Shown here: piece after piece, positions 25,794 to 37,542 of the stretch | Layout of the letters: each line of letters opens with the position of its first letter | Numbering within the stretch: the stretch's first letter is position 1 | Source: an uncultured delta proteobacterium | GTDB lineage: Bacteria > Myxococcota > Kuafuiibacteriia > Kuafuiibacteriales > Kuafuiibacteriaceae | Reading direction: 5' to 3' | Length of the DNA stretch: 64,000 bases | NCBI GenBank assembly: GCA_963803435.1 | Contig: CAWDML010000009.1 | Location: forward strand, 1,753,510-1,817,509 | The notes under the pieces: model-generated | The model's database searches: none | What the model saw: only the letters and a program-made list of their open reading frames with translations | What the model was told of the DNA's origin: nothing | Made by a program: the position numbers and the translations under genes

Positions 25794-27109
25794 CAGGCCT
25801 CTCCGCGCTCGCCGGCCTCGATGCGCATCGACGCTGTGGGCGCCCGGGTCGTGTCGAAGGCGTCGATGCGCGCCACCGCCGCACGGATCGCTGCCCGGGA
25901 GGCGGCATGTGTTATCACGACCACGCGCACCGGTGGTTCCCCGGTCGCCTCCTGCTCCACCACCCGCAGCGACACACCCTGCTCTCCGAGCGCTCCGGCG
26001 ATACGCGCGAGCACACCCGGTGAGTCGGCCACCGTGAAGCGCAGGTAGAAGGGCGCCTCGATCAAGCCGGTGTCGTACAGGCGCACCGGCCGCAGCGCGG
26101 TGTCGAAGGCGGCCAGCAACGGCACGCGACCCGTCGACCCGAGCAGGATGTTCCGCGCCAGGTCGATGATGTCGGCGACCACCGCCGAGCCGGTCGGGAG
26201 CTCGCCCGCACCTTTGCCGATCAGCACGCTGGTCCCGAGCGCGTCCGACTCGAGCTGGATCCCGTTGAGCGCGCCGTTGACGTTCGCCAGCATCGTGCGC
26301 CGGGGAAGCCAGGCCGGATAGACCTGCGCCGAGATCTCCTCACCGCGGCGCGTCGCCACCGCCAGCAGCTTGATCGCGTAGCCGTGACGCCGCGCCACTT
26401 CGAAGTCACCGGGCTCGAGGCCGCGGATGCCCTCGACCTCCACGTCGCTCGCCGTGACGCGCGCGCAGAACCCCAGCGCCGACAGGATGGCGAGCTTCTG
26501 CGCGGCGTCGTGGCCGTCGATGTCGGCCGTCGGATCGGCCTCGGCGTAGCCGAGGTCCTGCGCGCTCTTCAGCGTGGCCGCGAAGTCGGCGCCCTCCTCC
26601 GCCATCGCCGTCAGGATGAAGTTGGTGGTCCCGTTGAGGATGCCGGCGATCTTCTGGACGCGCTCCGAGGCCAACGCCTCCCGCAGCGTGCGGATGATCG
26701 GAATGCCTCCGCCGACCGCGGCCTCGTAGAATACGTCGACCCCGTTCTTCTGCGCGGCGCCGAACACCTCGTCTCCACAGATCGCGAGCAGCGCCTTGTT
26801 CGCGGTGACCACGTGCTTCTTGCGATCGATGGCGCCGAGGACGAAGCGCTTGGCGTCGGTGATCCCTCCGACCAGCTCCACCACGATCGAGACCTCGGGA
26901 TCGTCGAGGACGTCCTCCACCCTCGAGGTCAGCAGCGCGGCCGGCACCTCGATGGCCCGCTCCTTCGACGGATCCTGCACCAGGACCCGCTTCACCTCGA
27001 TCCGGGCACCCAGCCGCGCTTCGATGTCCCGCGCGTTCTCGCGAAGAATGCGAACGGCGCCCGTCCCCACAGTGCCGAGGCCGAGCAACCCGACGGAGAT
27101 GGTCTGCAT
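25793..27109 (-). CDS. hom: Homoserine dehydrogenase with C-terminal ACT domain
   Basis: GLGTVG, VVTANKAL, EAAVGGGIP, GILNGTTN, GYAEADP, ACT motif DSPGVLARI. Confidence 0.96.
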   Translation of the reverse strand: MQTISVGLLGLGTVGTGAVRILRENARDIEARLGARIEVKRVLVQDPSKERAIEVPAALLTSRVEDVLDDPEVSIVVELVGGITDAKRFVLGAIDRKKHVVTANKALLAICGDEVFGAAQKNGVDVFYEAAVGGGIPIIRTLREALASERVQKIAGILNGTTNFILTAMAEEGADFAATLKSAQDLGYAEADPTADIDGHDAAQKLAILSALGFCARVTASDVEVEGIRGLEPGDFEVARRHGYAIKLLAVATRRGEEISAQVYPAWLPRRTMLANVNGALNGIQLESDALGTSVLIGKGAGELPTGSAVVADIIDLARNILLGSTGRVPLLAAFDTALRPVRLYDTGLIEAPFYLRFTVADSPGVLARIAGALGEQGVSLRVVEQEATGEPPVRVVVITHAASRAAIRAAVARIDAFDTTRAPTASMRIEAGERGEA

Positions 27110-27197
27110 GCTGCGGCGTAACGGTCGCGCGCGCCTGCGTCAATTTCGACGAGGCACGGGTTGGCAGGGCCCGCCCACGCCGGCACGCTGCCGTGCG

Positions 27198-28361
27198 ATG
27201 GCGATCGAACAATCGGCGCTGATCCAGGCCCACCAAGCGGCGTTGCTCGCGACGATCGAGGGCTACGGCCGGACCAAGCTCCCCGAGCCCATCCGACAGG
27301 CGTTCCTCCGGGTACCCCGGCACCTCTTCCTCGAGCGCTACCGCGAGTACGGCAACCCCGAGTGGCAGAACGTCGAGGAGGCGTCGCTCTGGAAGCACCT
27401 CCCGGTCCTCTATCGGGACGGCGGCGTGGGCATCTACGGCGAGGACGACGACGACGTGGTGGCGACCATCTCCCATCCCTGGCTCGTGCTCCGCATGCTC
27501 GACGAGCTCGCGATCGCCCCGGGCATGCGGGTCCTCGAGATCGGCACCGGTAGCGGCTGGAACGCCGGCCTCCTGGGCGCGCTGGTGGGGCCGGCGGGCG
27601 CCGTCGACACCGTCGAGATCATCCCCGAGCTGGTCCCGCGGGCGGAGCGCGCGCTGGCTCGCGCCGGGATCACGAACGTCCGCGTGCTCCTCGGCGATGC
27701 AGCCGAGCTGAAGGCCGCCGCCCGCTACGATCGGGTCGTCTTCACCGCCGCGTCGTACGACATCCCCCGCGTCGTTCACGAGGTGCTCGAAGAGGGCGGC
27801 ATCCTCGAGCATGTCCTCAAGTGCCAGGGCGGCGGCTCCGTCCTCCTGTTGCTGCGCAAGCGAGGCCGCTCGCTCGTGTCCAGGTCGGCGCACCCGTGCG
27901 AGTTTGTTCCGCTCACGGGACGCGATCGCCTGAGACAGCTCGACGCCCGGGCCCTGGAGGCCTTCGAGCCCTGGAGCCGCGTCCGCGGGCGGACGCTGCG
28001 CCAGCGGCCCTTCTGGCTCGGTGATCGGGACCCGATGAGGTTCGTCTCGAAGACGTTCGCGCTGCGCACGTACCTCGCGGTCGTCGAGCCGCAGATGCGC
28101 TGGTTCAACGGCGCCTTCGGTCTTTGGGACGAGGAAGGCGATTCGCTCGCGCTGGTAGAGGACGGCCGCGTCGCCGTCTACGGAGGCGCGACCGCGGGCG
28201 ACCGACTGGAGGCGCACCTGGATCGCTGGTCCGCCCTCGGGATGCCTTCGATGCTGACGATGCCGCTGCGCGCGCAGCCCGCCGATCCGACGTTTCGACC
28301 GGGGCCCCGGGAGGCGGTGGTGTCGCGGCCCTCGACCGACTTCGTCTGGCGGCTCGACTGA
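27198..28361 (+). CDS. PIMT/PCMT-like SAM-dependent methyltransferase with long C-terminal extension
   Basis: AFLRVPRHLF, ATISHP, VLEIGTGSGWNAGLL, YDRVVFTA, CEFVPL. The ~150-aa extension ends WSALGMP. Confidence 0.8.
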   Translation: MAIEQSALIQAHQAALLATIEGYGRTKLPEPIRQAFLRVPRHLFLERYREYGNPEWQNVEEASLWKHLPVLYRDGGVGIYGEDDDDVVATISHPWLVLRMLDELAIAPGMRVLEIGTGSGWNAGLLGALVGPAGAVDTVEIIPELVPRAERALARAGITNVRVLLGDAAELKAAARYDRVVFTAASYDIPRVVHEVLEEGGILEHVLKCQGGGSVLLLLRKRGRSLVSRSAHPCEFVPLTGRDRLRQLDARALEAFEPWSRVRGRTLRQRPFWLGDRDPMRFVSKTFALRTYLAVVEPQMRWFNGAFGLWDEEGDSLALVEDGRVAVYGGATAGDRLEAHLDRWSALGMPSMLTMPLRAQPADPTFRPGPREAVVSRPSTDFVWRLD

Positions 28362-28440
28362 TCGAGGAACGGTTTCGCTCCGGCTTTCGCTGGCCCGCTG
28401 GACGCGAGACCGATCTCCGGACGAGCATCGCGCGACCGTG

Positions 28441-30822
28441 ATGAGGAATCGTGCCCAGCTCCTGGACTTCGTGGTGCGACCGCTCCGGTTCGCCCGCGGG
28501 CGCGACTTCGAGAACCTTCGCGCCCTGCGCGATCTGGAGAGGTCCCTCGCGCGGGCCACCGAGAAGGCGCAAGCCGAGTCGGACGACCCCGTGTTCGGCC
28601 GCATCGCGGCGCTCGCCATCGGGATCGACGCGCTCCCGTTCGAGGCCCGAAGGACGCGCGTCGAGGAGATCCTGCAGCTGGCCGACGCCGCGCCTCCTGC
28701 GCCGGCGCGGGCGACCCCGGTGGTGCGCGGGCGGGTCGCCATGGCCAAAGCCACCCCCGCGACCCTCCTGGCGCAGGTGGTCGGCGTGGGGCCGAAGACC
28801 GCCGAGCGCTACGCGGACAAGGGGATGGTCACCGTCGAGGACGCCCTCCTCTTCCTCCCGCGACGCTTCGAGGATCGATCGACGATCCGGCTGATCTCGG
28901 ACCTGCGCGACGGCGAGACGGCCACGGTCCGCGGCAACGTCCTTTCGCTCACCGTCCGGCCCACCGGCCGCGGCAAGCGCGTGTTCGAGCTGGTCGTCGC
29001 CGACGGCACCGGCAGGCTCTCCTGCAAGTGGTTCCGCTTCAAGCAGTCCGCCATGGAGAGCAAGCACCGCCGCGGGCAGCAGGTGATGGTCTCCGGCAAG
29101 GTCAGCTTCTGGGGCCTGTCGTGTCAGATGGTGCATCCCGACGTCGAGGTGCTCGACGACAACGCCGAGGCCGAGGCGCCCGGCGTCCTGCCCGTCTACG
29201 GCGAGATCGCGGGCGTGGCGCCGAAGAAGGTGCGATCGATCCAGCAGGGGCTGGCGCGGGCGGCGGCGCCCGCGCTCGAGGAGTACCTCCCCGAGGAGAT
29301 GCGGGCGCGGCTCTTGCTGCGCGATCTGACGACCGCCGTCGCGCGGATGCACCTGCCCGAGGAGGACACCTACGAGCGCGACCGGGTGGAGGTGCACCGG
29401 CGGCTGGCCTTCGACGAGCTGTTCTTTCTGCAAGTCGCGTTGACCCGCTCCCGCGGCGCCCGGGAGGCGGAGCCGGGCATCGCGCACCCCCTCGAGGGCC
29501 CCTGGCGGGCGCTGGCGGAGCGGCTGTTTCCCTTCGCGATGACCGCGGCCCAGACGCGCGTCATCGACGAGATCGTGGGCGAGATGAGCTCGCCGCACCC
29601 GATGAACCGGCTGCTCCAGGGCGACGTGGGATCGGGCAAGACGGCGGTGGCGATGCTGGCCGCTGCAATCGTTCGCCGGGGCAAGCGGCAGTCCGCGCTG
29701 CTGGCGCCGACCGAGATCCTCGCGGAGCAGCACCAGCACACCGCCCAGAGGTTCCTCGAGCCGAACAATGTCCGCTGTGCCCTGCTCACCGGCTCCACGC
29801 GCGCCGCGCTGCGACGCGAGATCCTGGGCGGGGTGAAGAACGGGACGATCGACCTCCTGATCGGCACCCACGCGATCCTCGAGCCCGAGGTCGAGTTCGC
29901 CGAGCTCGGCCTGGTGGTGGTGGACGAGCAGCACCGGTTCGGTGTGGAGCAACGCGGTGTGCTGCGGGCCAAGGCGCACGATCGCACGCCCGACGTGCTG
30001 GTCATGACCGCGACCCCGATCCCCCGCACCCTGGCGCTGACGGTCTACGGCGATCTCCGCGTGTCCGTGCTGGACGAGCTCCCGCCCGGCCGCACGCCCA
30101 CCGAAACGCGGCTGTTCAAGAAGAGCGAGCGTCCGAAGGCCTGGGATCTGATCGCAGGACAGCTTGCGGAGGGACGCCAGGCCTACGTGGTCTACCCGCT
30201 GGTGGAGGTCTCCGAGACGCTGGACCTGGAGGCGGCCACCGAGGCGGTCGAGGAGCTGGCCGCACGCTTCGCCCCCCGGCGGGTGGCGCTGCTCCACGGA
30301 CGCATGCGCGCCGACGACAAGCAGGAGACGATGCGCGGCTTCGTGGCCGGCGAGGTCTCCGTGCTGGTCTCGACCACGGTCGTCGAGGTGGGCGTCGACG
30401 TGGCCAACGCCACCGTGATGGCCGTGGTGAACGCAGAGCGGTTCGGGCTCTCGCAGCTCCACCAGCTGCGGGGCCGCGTCGGCCGAGGGGCGCACCGCGG
30501 GCTCTGCCTCTTGATCTCGGGGAGCGGCGACCAGGAGGCCCGGGCCCGCCTCGCCGTGCTCGCCTCCACGACCGACGGCTTCGTCGTGGCCGAGAAGGAT
30601 CTCGAGCTCCGCGGCCCGGGCGAGGTCCTCGGCACCCGCCAGCACGGCCTCCCCGAGCTGGTCGTCGCGGACCTGGTGCGCGACGCGCGGATCCTGGAGG
30701 CGGCCCGCGCGGAGGCCGAGCGGATCCTCGGCGCCGACCCCGACCTCCTCCGACACGCGCGCCTCGCCGAGGAGCTCGAGCGCCGCTACGGCGGTCGGTT
30801 CGGTCTGGCGCAGATCGGCTGA
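28441..30822 (+). CDS. recG: ATP-dependent DNA helicase RecG
   Basis: Wedge/OB domain, RRLAFDELF, LQGDVGSGKT, DEQHRFG, MTATPIPRTL, QLRGRVGRG, TRQHG. Confidence 0.97.
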   Translation: MRNRAQLLDFVVRPLRFARGRDFENLRALRDLERSLARATEKAQAESDDPVFGRIAALAIGIDALPFEARRTRVEEILQLADAAPPAPARATPVVRGRVAMAKATPATLLAQVVGVGPKTAERYADKGMVTVEDALLFLPRRFEDRSTIRLISDLRDGETATVRGNVLSLTVRPTGRGKRVFELVVADGTGRLSCKWFRFKQSAMESKHRRGQQVMVSGKVSFWGLSCQMVHPDVEVLDDNAEAEAPGVLPVYGEIAGVAPKKVRSIQQGLARAAAPALEEYLPEEMRARLLLRDLTTAVARMHLPEEDTYERDRVEVHRRLAFDELFFLQVALTRSRGAREAEPGIAHPLEGPWRALAERLFPFAMTAAQTRVIDEIVGEMSSPHPMNRLLQGDVGSGKTAVAMLAAAIVRRGKRQSALLAPTEILAEQHQHTAQRFLEPNNVRCALLTGSTRAALRREILGGVKNGTIDLLIGTHAILEPEVEFAELGLVVVDEQHRFGVEQRGVLRAKAHDRTPDVLVMTATPIPRTLALTVYGDLRVSVLDELPPGRTPTETRLFKKSERPKAWDLIAGQLAEGRQAYVVYPLVEVSETLDLEAATEAVEELAARFAPRRVALLHGRMRADDKQETMRGFVAGEVSVLVSTTVVEVGVDVANATVMAVVNAERFGLSQLHQLRGRVGRGAHRGLCLLISGSGDQEARARLAVLASTTDGFVVAEKDLELRGPGEVLGTRQHGLPELVVADLVRDARILEAARAEAERILGADPDLLRHARLAEELERRYGGRFGLAQIG

Positions 30823-30841
30823 AGACCGTACGCTCCACGCG

Positions 30842-31402
30842 ATGCGTACGTGCCCGGTGTGCCGCCAGCCGGCATTCGACGGCGGCCGCTGCGCCGCCTG
30901 CGGCCATGAGGACGTCCCGATCTTGGAGCTCGACCTCGACGCAATCGTCGACGAGCCCGAGCCCCTCTCCCTCGACGCCCTCACCCCCCTCGAGCCCGAG
31001 CCCCAGCGCGGCGCCCTCACCCCGCTCCCGCTCGACGCCCTCGTCGAGGTCGAGGAGATCGAGCTCGAGGACGCCCGCGCCAACGACGACCCCATCCCCC
31101 TCATCGAGGGCTTCGAGGCCACCGACATCGAGCCCCGCGCCCCGCGCAGCAAGAAGGGGCAGACGGCGCGCGCGAAGGAGACTACCCCGTTCGTGCATTC
31201 GGTCTGTCCCCAGTGCCAGGCCCCGGTGGCCCAGCCGAACCCGCCCTTCTGCGAGGCCTGCGGCTGCAAGCTGGTGTCGAAGCGCCGCGCGGTGGAGCCC
31301 GCCGTGGAGGACGCCAAGCACTGCGGCGAGTGTGGGACGAGGAACGGGCCGGACCGGAGCACGTGCCGCAACTGCGGGGCACGGCTGAAGTCGGCAGACT
31401 AG
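30842..31402 (+). CDS. Multi zinc-ribbon protein with acidic linker
   Basis: Three CxxC...CxxC pairs (CPVC/CAAC, CPQC/CEAC, CGEC/CRNC) around a D/E/P-rich linker. Confidence 0.75.
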   Translation: MRTCPVCRQPAFDGGRCAACGHEDVPILELDLDAIVDEPEPLSLDALTPLEPEPQRGALTPLPLDALVEVEEIELEDARANDDPIPLIEGFEATDIEPRAPRSKKGQTARAKETTPFVHSVCPQCQAPVAQPNPPFCEACGCKLVSKRRAVEPAVEDAKHCGECGTRNGPDRSTCRNCGARLKSAD

Positions 31403-31426
31403 GCTCGGTCGTGGGGGGCGGATCAG

Positions 31427-31498
31427 GATCCGTGATCCGTGGAACACTTCACGAAGACCGCGCGATCCGTGCACCGCGCTCCGCGTTTCGTGTCCGTG
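31427..31498. repeat. Cluster of (GA)TCCGTG motifs between convergent genes (REP-like)
   Basis: GATCCGTG at 31427, 31434 and 31464; TCCGTG at 31493. Confidence 0.4.
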
Positions 31499-31524
31499 TG
31501 GAGTAACCGTGCGTGCGCGGAGCC

Positions 31525-32007
31525 TCAGTGAAAGTCGACGCCCAGGATCTCGTACTCGTGGTCGCCCTTCTTCGGCAGCTTGAGCGTGATGATCTCCCCC
31601 GATCGCTGCCCGATCAACGCCCGGGCGAGGGGCGCCTTGACCGAGATCTTGCCGACCTTCAGGTCCGCCTCGTCGTCGCCGACGATCTGATACGTGACCT
31701 CGTCATCCGTCGCGCAGTCGAGCAGCTTCACGGTGGCGCCGAAGACCACCTTGTCGCCGGACAGGGTCTTCGGGTCGATCACCTCGGCCAGCGCGATCTT
31801 GGACTCGAGCTCCTTGATGCGTCCCTCGATGAACGACTGCTTCTCCTTGGCGGCGTGGTACTCGGCGTTCTCGGAGAGGTCGCCGTGGGCGCGGGCCTCC
31901 TCGATGGCTTTCGAGTTCTCCGGCCGTTCTACCGATTTCAGCCGCTTCAGCTCCTCCTTGAGGAGCTGGTAGCCGACGGCGGTCATCGGTTCTCGATCGG
32001 AAGCCAT
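31525..32007 (-). CDS. greA: Transcription elongation factor GreA
   Basis: [35 protein letters not shown]. Confidence 0.96.
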   Translation of the reverse strand: MASDREPMTAVGYQLLKEELKRLKSVERPENSKAIEEARAHGDLSENAEYHAAKEKQSFIEGRIKELESKIALAEVIDPKTLSGDKVVFGATVKLLDCATDDEVTYQIVGDDEADLKVGKISVKAPLARALIGQRSGEIITLKLPKKGDHEYEILGVDFH

Positions 32008-32016
32008 GCGGAAAGT

Positions 32017-34092
<2,076 letters not shown>

Positions 34093-34176
34093 TCGCTGGG
34101 TGCCGGATATCCCGGCTCGGCATCGAATGGTCAAGCCAAAGTAGCGCGATCAGCGGCGCTCGTTTAGCCTCGCGGG

Positions 34177-34755
34177 ATGCGGCGGCGGGTGTGGTTCGCA
34201 GCGGCGGCGCTCCTCCAAGGATGTCCGGAGCGTCCCCTCGCCGGCGCCGAGGCGCTCGAGCAGAAGGGTGAGCTGGCGGCCGCCGCGCAGCAGTACGTGC
34301 GGATCGCCAAGGCCGATCCCGCCAATCTGGCGGCCTGGGATCGCGCGATCCAGATCCAGTGCCGCACGCGGATCGATGTCGGCGCGTGCATGGGTGTGCT
34401 CGAGCTCGAGCTCGATCTGATCGGATCGCTCGAGCGTCACCGCGACGCGCTGGCGGAGGTCCTGGAGCGCCGGGCCCGGGCCCGCCTCGACCAGGGGATG
34501 GCGGAGGCCGCGCTCGAGGACCTGACCCGGGCCCAGCGCGCCGCCCCCCTCCGCGCCAGCGTCCAGGTCGCCCAGGCGAAGGCGCTGGCGAGCCTGGGCC
34601 GGGCTGCGGAGGCGCGCAGGGTGCTTCTCGCCGCCCGACAGCTCGATCCCGGCAACGCGGAGGCCAACGCCCTGTTCGCGGATCTCCCTGCCGACCCCGA
34701 GGAAGAGTTCGGGGGCGGCAACGCCGCGCTTGATCCTCCCGCGACGCATCGCTAA
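34177..34755 (+). CDS. TPR lipoprotein
   Basis: LLQGC lipobox, TPR-like helices ending QLDPGNAEA. Confidence 0.7.
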   Translation: MRRRVWFAAAALLQGCPERPLAGAEALEQKGELAAAAQQYVRIAKADPANLAAWDRAIQIQCRTRIDVGACMGVLELELDLIGSLERHRDALAEVLERRARARLDQGMAEAALEDLTRAQRAAPLRASVQVAQAKALASLGRAAEARRVLLAARQLDPGNAEANALFADLPADPEEEFGGGNAALDPPATHR

Positions 34756-34764
34756 CTGAGCCCC

Positions 34765-35535
34765 ATGGCTCGAAAGAAGTCTGCCCCCAAGAAAGCGGCG
34801 AAGAAGGCCGCCCAGAAGAAGGCCGCCCAGAAGAAGGCGACCAAGAAGACCGCCCAGAAGAAGGCGACCAAGAAGACCGCCAAGAAGAAGGCGACCAAGA
34901 AGAGCGCCAAGAAGAAGGCGGCCAAGAAGAGCGCCGCCAAGAAGAGCGCCGCCAAGAAGAGCGCCGCCAAGAAGAGCGCCGCCAAGAAGACGGCGAAGAA
35001 GAGCCCCGCCCAGAAGAAGACCGCGAAGAAGGCCGCCCCGAAGCCCGCCGCCAGCAGCCTGCCGGCCGCCGCGTCGCCGAAGCCCGGCACGCGCGCGCCG
35101 AACTTCGTCCTGCCGGCCGACGATGGGAGCGAGGTCTCGCTGTCGTCGCTCCAGGGCAAGAAGGTCGTCCTCTACTTCTATCCGAAGGACGACACGCCCG
35201 GATGCACCACCGAGGCCTGCGGCTTCCGCGATCTCCACCAGGAGTTCGAGAAGCGGGGCGCCGTGGTCCTGGGCGTCAGCAAGGACTCGGTCAAGAAGCA
35301 CGACAGCTTCAAGAAGAAGTACGACCTCCCCTTCAAGCTCCTCTCCGACGAGAGCGCCGAGGTGATCTCGGCCTACGGGAGCTGGGGCCAGAAGAAGTTC
35401 ATGGGCCGCACCTTCGACGGGATCCTGCGGACCACCGTGCTGATCGATCCGGAGGGCAAGATCGCGAAGGTCTACCCGAAGGTCGCGGTCGCCGAGCACC
35501 CGGACGAGGTGCTCAAAGACCTCGAAGCGATGTGA
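34765..35535 (+). CDS. bcp: Peroxiredoxin BCP/PrxQ fused to an N-terminal histone-H1-like Lys/Ala-rich domain
   Basis: About 90 aa of KKAAx/KKSAA/KKATK repeats, then LYFYPKDDTPGCTTEACGFRD and RTTVLIDPEGKI, with no stop between them. Confidence 0.9.
   Translation: MARKKSAPKKAAKKAAQKKAAQKKATKKTAQKKATKKTAKKKATKKSAKKKAAKKSAAKKSAAKKSAAKKSAAKKTAKKSPAQKKTAKKAAPKPAASSLPAAASPKPGTRAPNFVLPADDGSEVSLSSLQGKKVVLYFYPKDDTPGCTTEACGFRDLHQEFEKRGAVVLGVSKDSVKKHDSFKKKYDLPFKLLSDESAEVISAYGSWGQKKFMGRTFDGILRTTVLIDPEGKIAKVYPKVAVAEHPDEVLKDLEAM
34921..34980 (+). repeat. Perfect 15-bp tandem repeat x4 (GCCAAGAAGAGCGCC, encoding AKKSA)
   Basis: Read directly. It sits within a longer degenerate 15-bp array (~34790-35035). 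Confidence 0.95.
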
Positions 35536-36374
35536 TGGCCGAGCCGGGCAAGCTCTTCATCGCCGGCATGCGCGTGGTGCCGAAGAAGCCGCTGTCGAAG
35601 GCCGTCCGGCGCCTGGCGGCGGTGCGATCGAAGATGGCGGTCCGGCGCTTCGCGGCCCGCTATCAGGTCGCGATCGAGGACGCCGAGAAGCCCCTCGACG
35701 ACTACGAGTCGATCCTGGCGTTCTTCACCCGGCGCCTCAAGCCGGGCCTCCGTCCCGTGGATCCGGATCCGTCCGTCCTGGTCTCGCCCGTCGACGGCGC
35801 GTTCCTGGCGGGCGGTCCGGTCGGCGCCGGCCGCCTCTATCAGGCCAAGGGTCGCGACTTCACGCTCAACGCCCTCCTCGCCGACGACACCGCCGAGAAG
35901 CGCTTCGAGGGCGGCACCTACGCGACGCTCTACCTGGCACCAAAGGACTATCACCGGATCCACACGCCCGCCGCCGGCCGCATCAGCGGCTACACGTACG
36001 TGCCCGGCCAGCTCTTCCCGGTGAACGCCGCCGCCGTGGCCCACGTCGACGCCCTCTTCGCGAAGAACGAGCGGCTCATCACCCACCTGGAGACCGAGGC
36101 GTTCGGACGCGTCGAGGTGGTGAAGGTCGGCGCCACCTGCGTCGGCCACATCACCGTCCCGTACGATCCGAGCGTCGCCACCAACGTGGGCGGCTTCGAG
36201 CTCCGCACCCAGCGCTACGATCCGCCGCTGCCGATCGAGAAGGGCGCCGAGGTCGGCGTGTTCGAGATGGGCTCGACCGTCATCGTGGTGACGGAGAAGC
36301 CTGTGGAGTTGGTCGGGCGGGAAGCGGGCGCGCCCGTGGTCATGGGGCGCGCCCTCGGCCGCGTGCGAAGCTGA
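35535..36374 (+). CDS. psd: Phosphatidylserine decarboxylase proenzyme
   Basis: FFTRRLKPG, SPVDG, YLAPKDYHRIH, NER, and the FEMGST cleavage motif. Confidence 0.93.
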   Translation: MAEPGKLFIAGMRVVPKKPLSKAVRRLAAVRSKMAVRRFAARYQVAIEDAEKPLDDYESILAFFTRRLKPGLRPVDPDPSVLVSPVDGAFLAGGPVGAGRLYQAKGRDFTLNALLADDTAEKRFEGGTYATLYLAPKDYHRIHTPAAGRISGYTYVPGQLFPVNAAAVAHVDALFAKNERLITHLETEAFGRVEVVKVGATCVGHITVPYDPSVATNVGGFELRTQRYDPPLPIEKGAEVGVFEMGSTVIVVTEKPVELVGREAGAPVVMGRALGRVRS

Positions 36375-36378
36375 ACGC

Positions 36379-37473
36379 CTACTGGCAGTGGCCGGTGCCC
36401 ACGTCGCAGGTGCCGGGCGCGCAGTCCGGATCCTGCGTGCAGCGCGGGAAGCACAGCGCCACGCCCAGATCCTCGCAGATGAGGTCCGGGTTGACGCCCG
36501 AGCACATCGTATCGCCGGCCGTCCCGAGCGTGCACTCGAGCGCGCAGATCGGGGAGAGCTGGCCGTCGACGAACACGCAGAGCCCGTTGGCCTCCGGGCA
36601 CACGAACGAGACACCGCACGCCTCGCTGCACTGCCCGCCCAGCTCCGCCGAGCAGGCGCCGCCCTGACACATGGTCGGATCGGTGCAGGCCGTCCCGATG
36701 TCGGTGATCGGACGGGTGCAGATGCCGCGGGTCGTCGTGGGGGCAAAGGGCATGCACTGGCTCTGCGCATCGAGCGCCGTGCAGAGCGCGCCGTTCGCGG
36801 TGTCGCACAGCCGAACACAGGTACCCGTAATGTCGAGCGGGTCGCTCCCGTGGCAGATGAAGTTCTGGGCGCCGTTGCAGCTGTCCGCGGTGGGCGCCAT
36901 CGTCGGATCGGTCCCGGCCCACTGCGTGGTGCACGCCTCACCCTGGGTGCCGCCGCCCATGTCCGGGATACACACACCAGGCGTCGGCGACATGCCGCCC
37001 GCGTTCGCGCACGCCTCGGCAGGTCGCGCGCAACCGGACTGGTCGACGCCGACGAACGAGTCGCAGCCCTGCCAGCACTGGCAGGTGTTCGCGCCCGTGC
37101 ACTGGACCAGCGAGCCGCTGGTGTTGTCGAAGTCCAGACAGAACTGGGTCCCCGCGCCCGCGCAGTCCGTGTTCACGGCGCACTCGGCCATCTGCATGCC
37201 ACCGTCGGGCGGCACGCCGGAGTCGTTGTTGTTGCCGGCGTCGTTGTTGTTGTTGCCGGCGTCGTTGCCGTTGTTGCCCGCGTCGTTCTCGTTCATCCCC
37301 GAGTCGAGCGGAGGATTGCCGCTGTCCTCGACGCCGGTGTCGCCGGTGCCCGCATCCTTCGGCTTGATGATCCCGCCATCGTTACGGCGTTCCTTACTGC
37401 AACCGACGGACGTCACGACGCCGAACGCCAGGAGCGCCGTGAGCGAGAGCTTGGTAGAGGTGGAGCTGAGCAT
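36379..37473 (-). CDS. Cys-rich surface lipoprotein with N/D-rich linker
   Basis: SVGC lipobox, (N)NDAGN repeats, then more than 30 Cys in short modules. Confidence 0.8.
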   Translation of the reverse strand: MLSSTSTKLSLTALLAFGVVTSVGCSKERRNDGGIIKPKDAGTGDTGVEDSGNPPLDSGMNENDAGNNGNDAGNNNNDAGNNNDSGVPPDGGMQMAECAVNTDCAGAGTQFCLDFDNTSGSLVQCTGANTCQCWQGCDSFVGVDQSGCARPAEACANAGGMSPTPGVCIPDMGGGTQGEACTTQWAGTDPTMAPTADSCNGAQNFICHGSDPLDITGTCVRLCDTANGALCTALDAQSQCMPFAPTTTRGICTRPITDIGTACTDPTMCQGGACSAELGGQCSEACGVSFVCPEANGLCVFVDGQLSPICALECTLGTAGDTMCSGVNPDLICEDLGVALCFPRCTQDPDCAPGTCDVGTGHCQ

Positions 37474-37542
37474 CGGCCTACCCGATACCTGGATTGGCTC
37501 CGAGGTGTGGTCGGACGATCGGCGGACTGTGGCGCCGAAACC

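Noticed and set aside
34790-35035. Possible CRISPR or non-coding repeat array
   Set aside because: No spacers. It is a coding 15-bp repeat for a Lys/Ala-rich tail.
37220-37295. GTT/GCC-rich short repeats
   Set aside because: They encode the NNDAG low-complexity linker of a lipoprotein.
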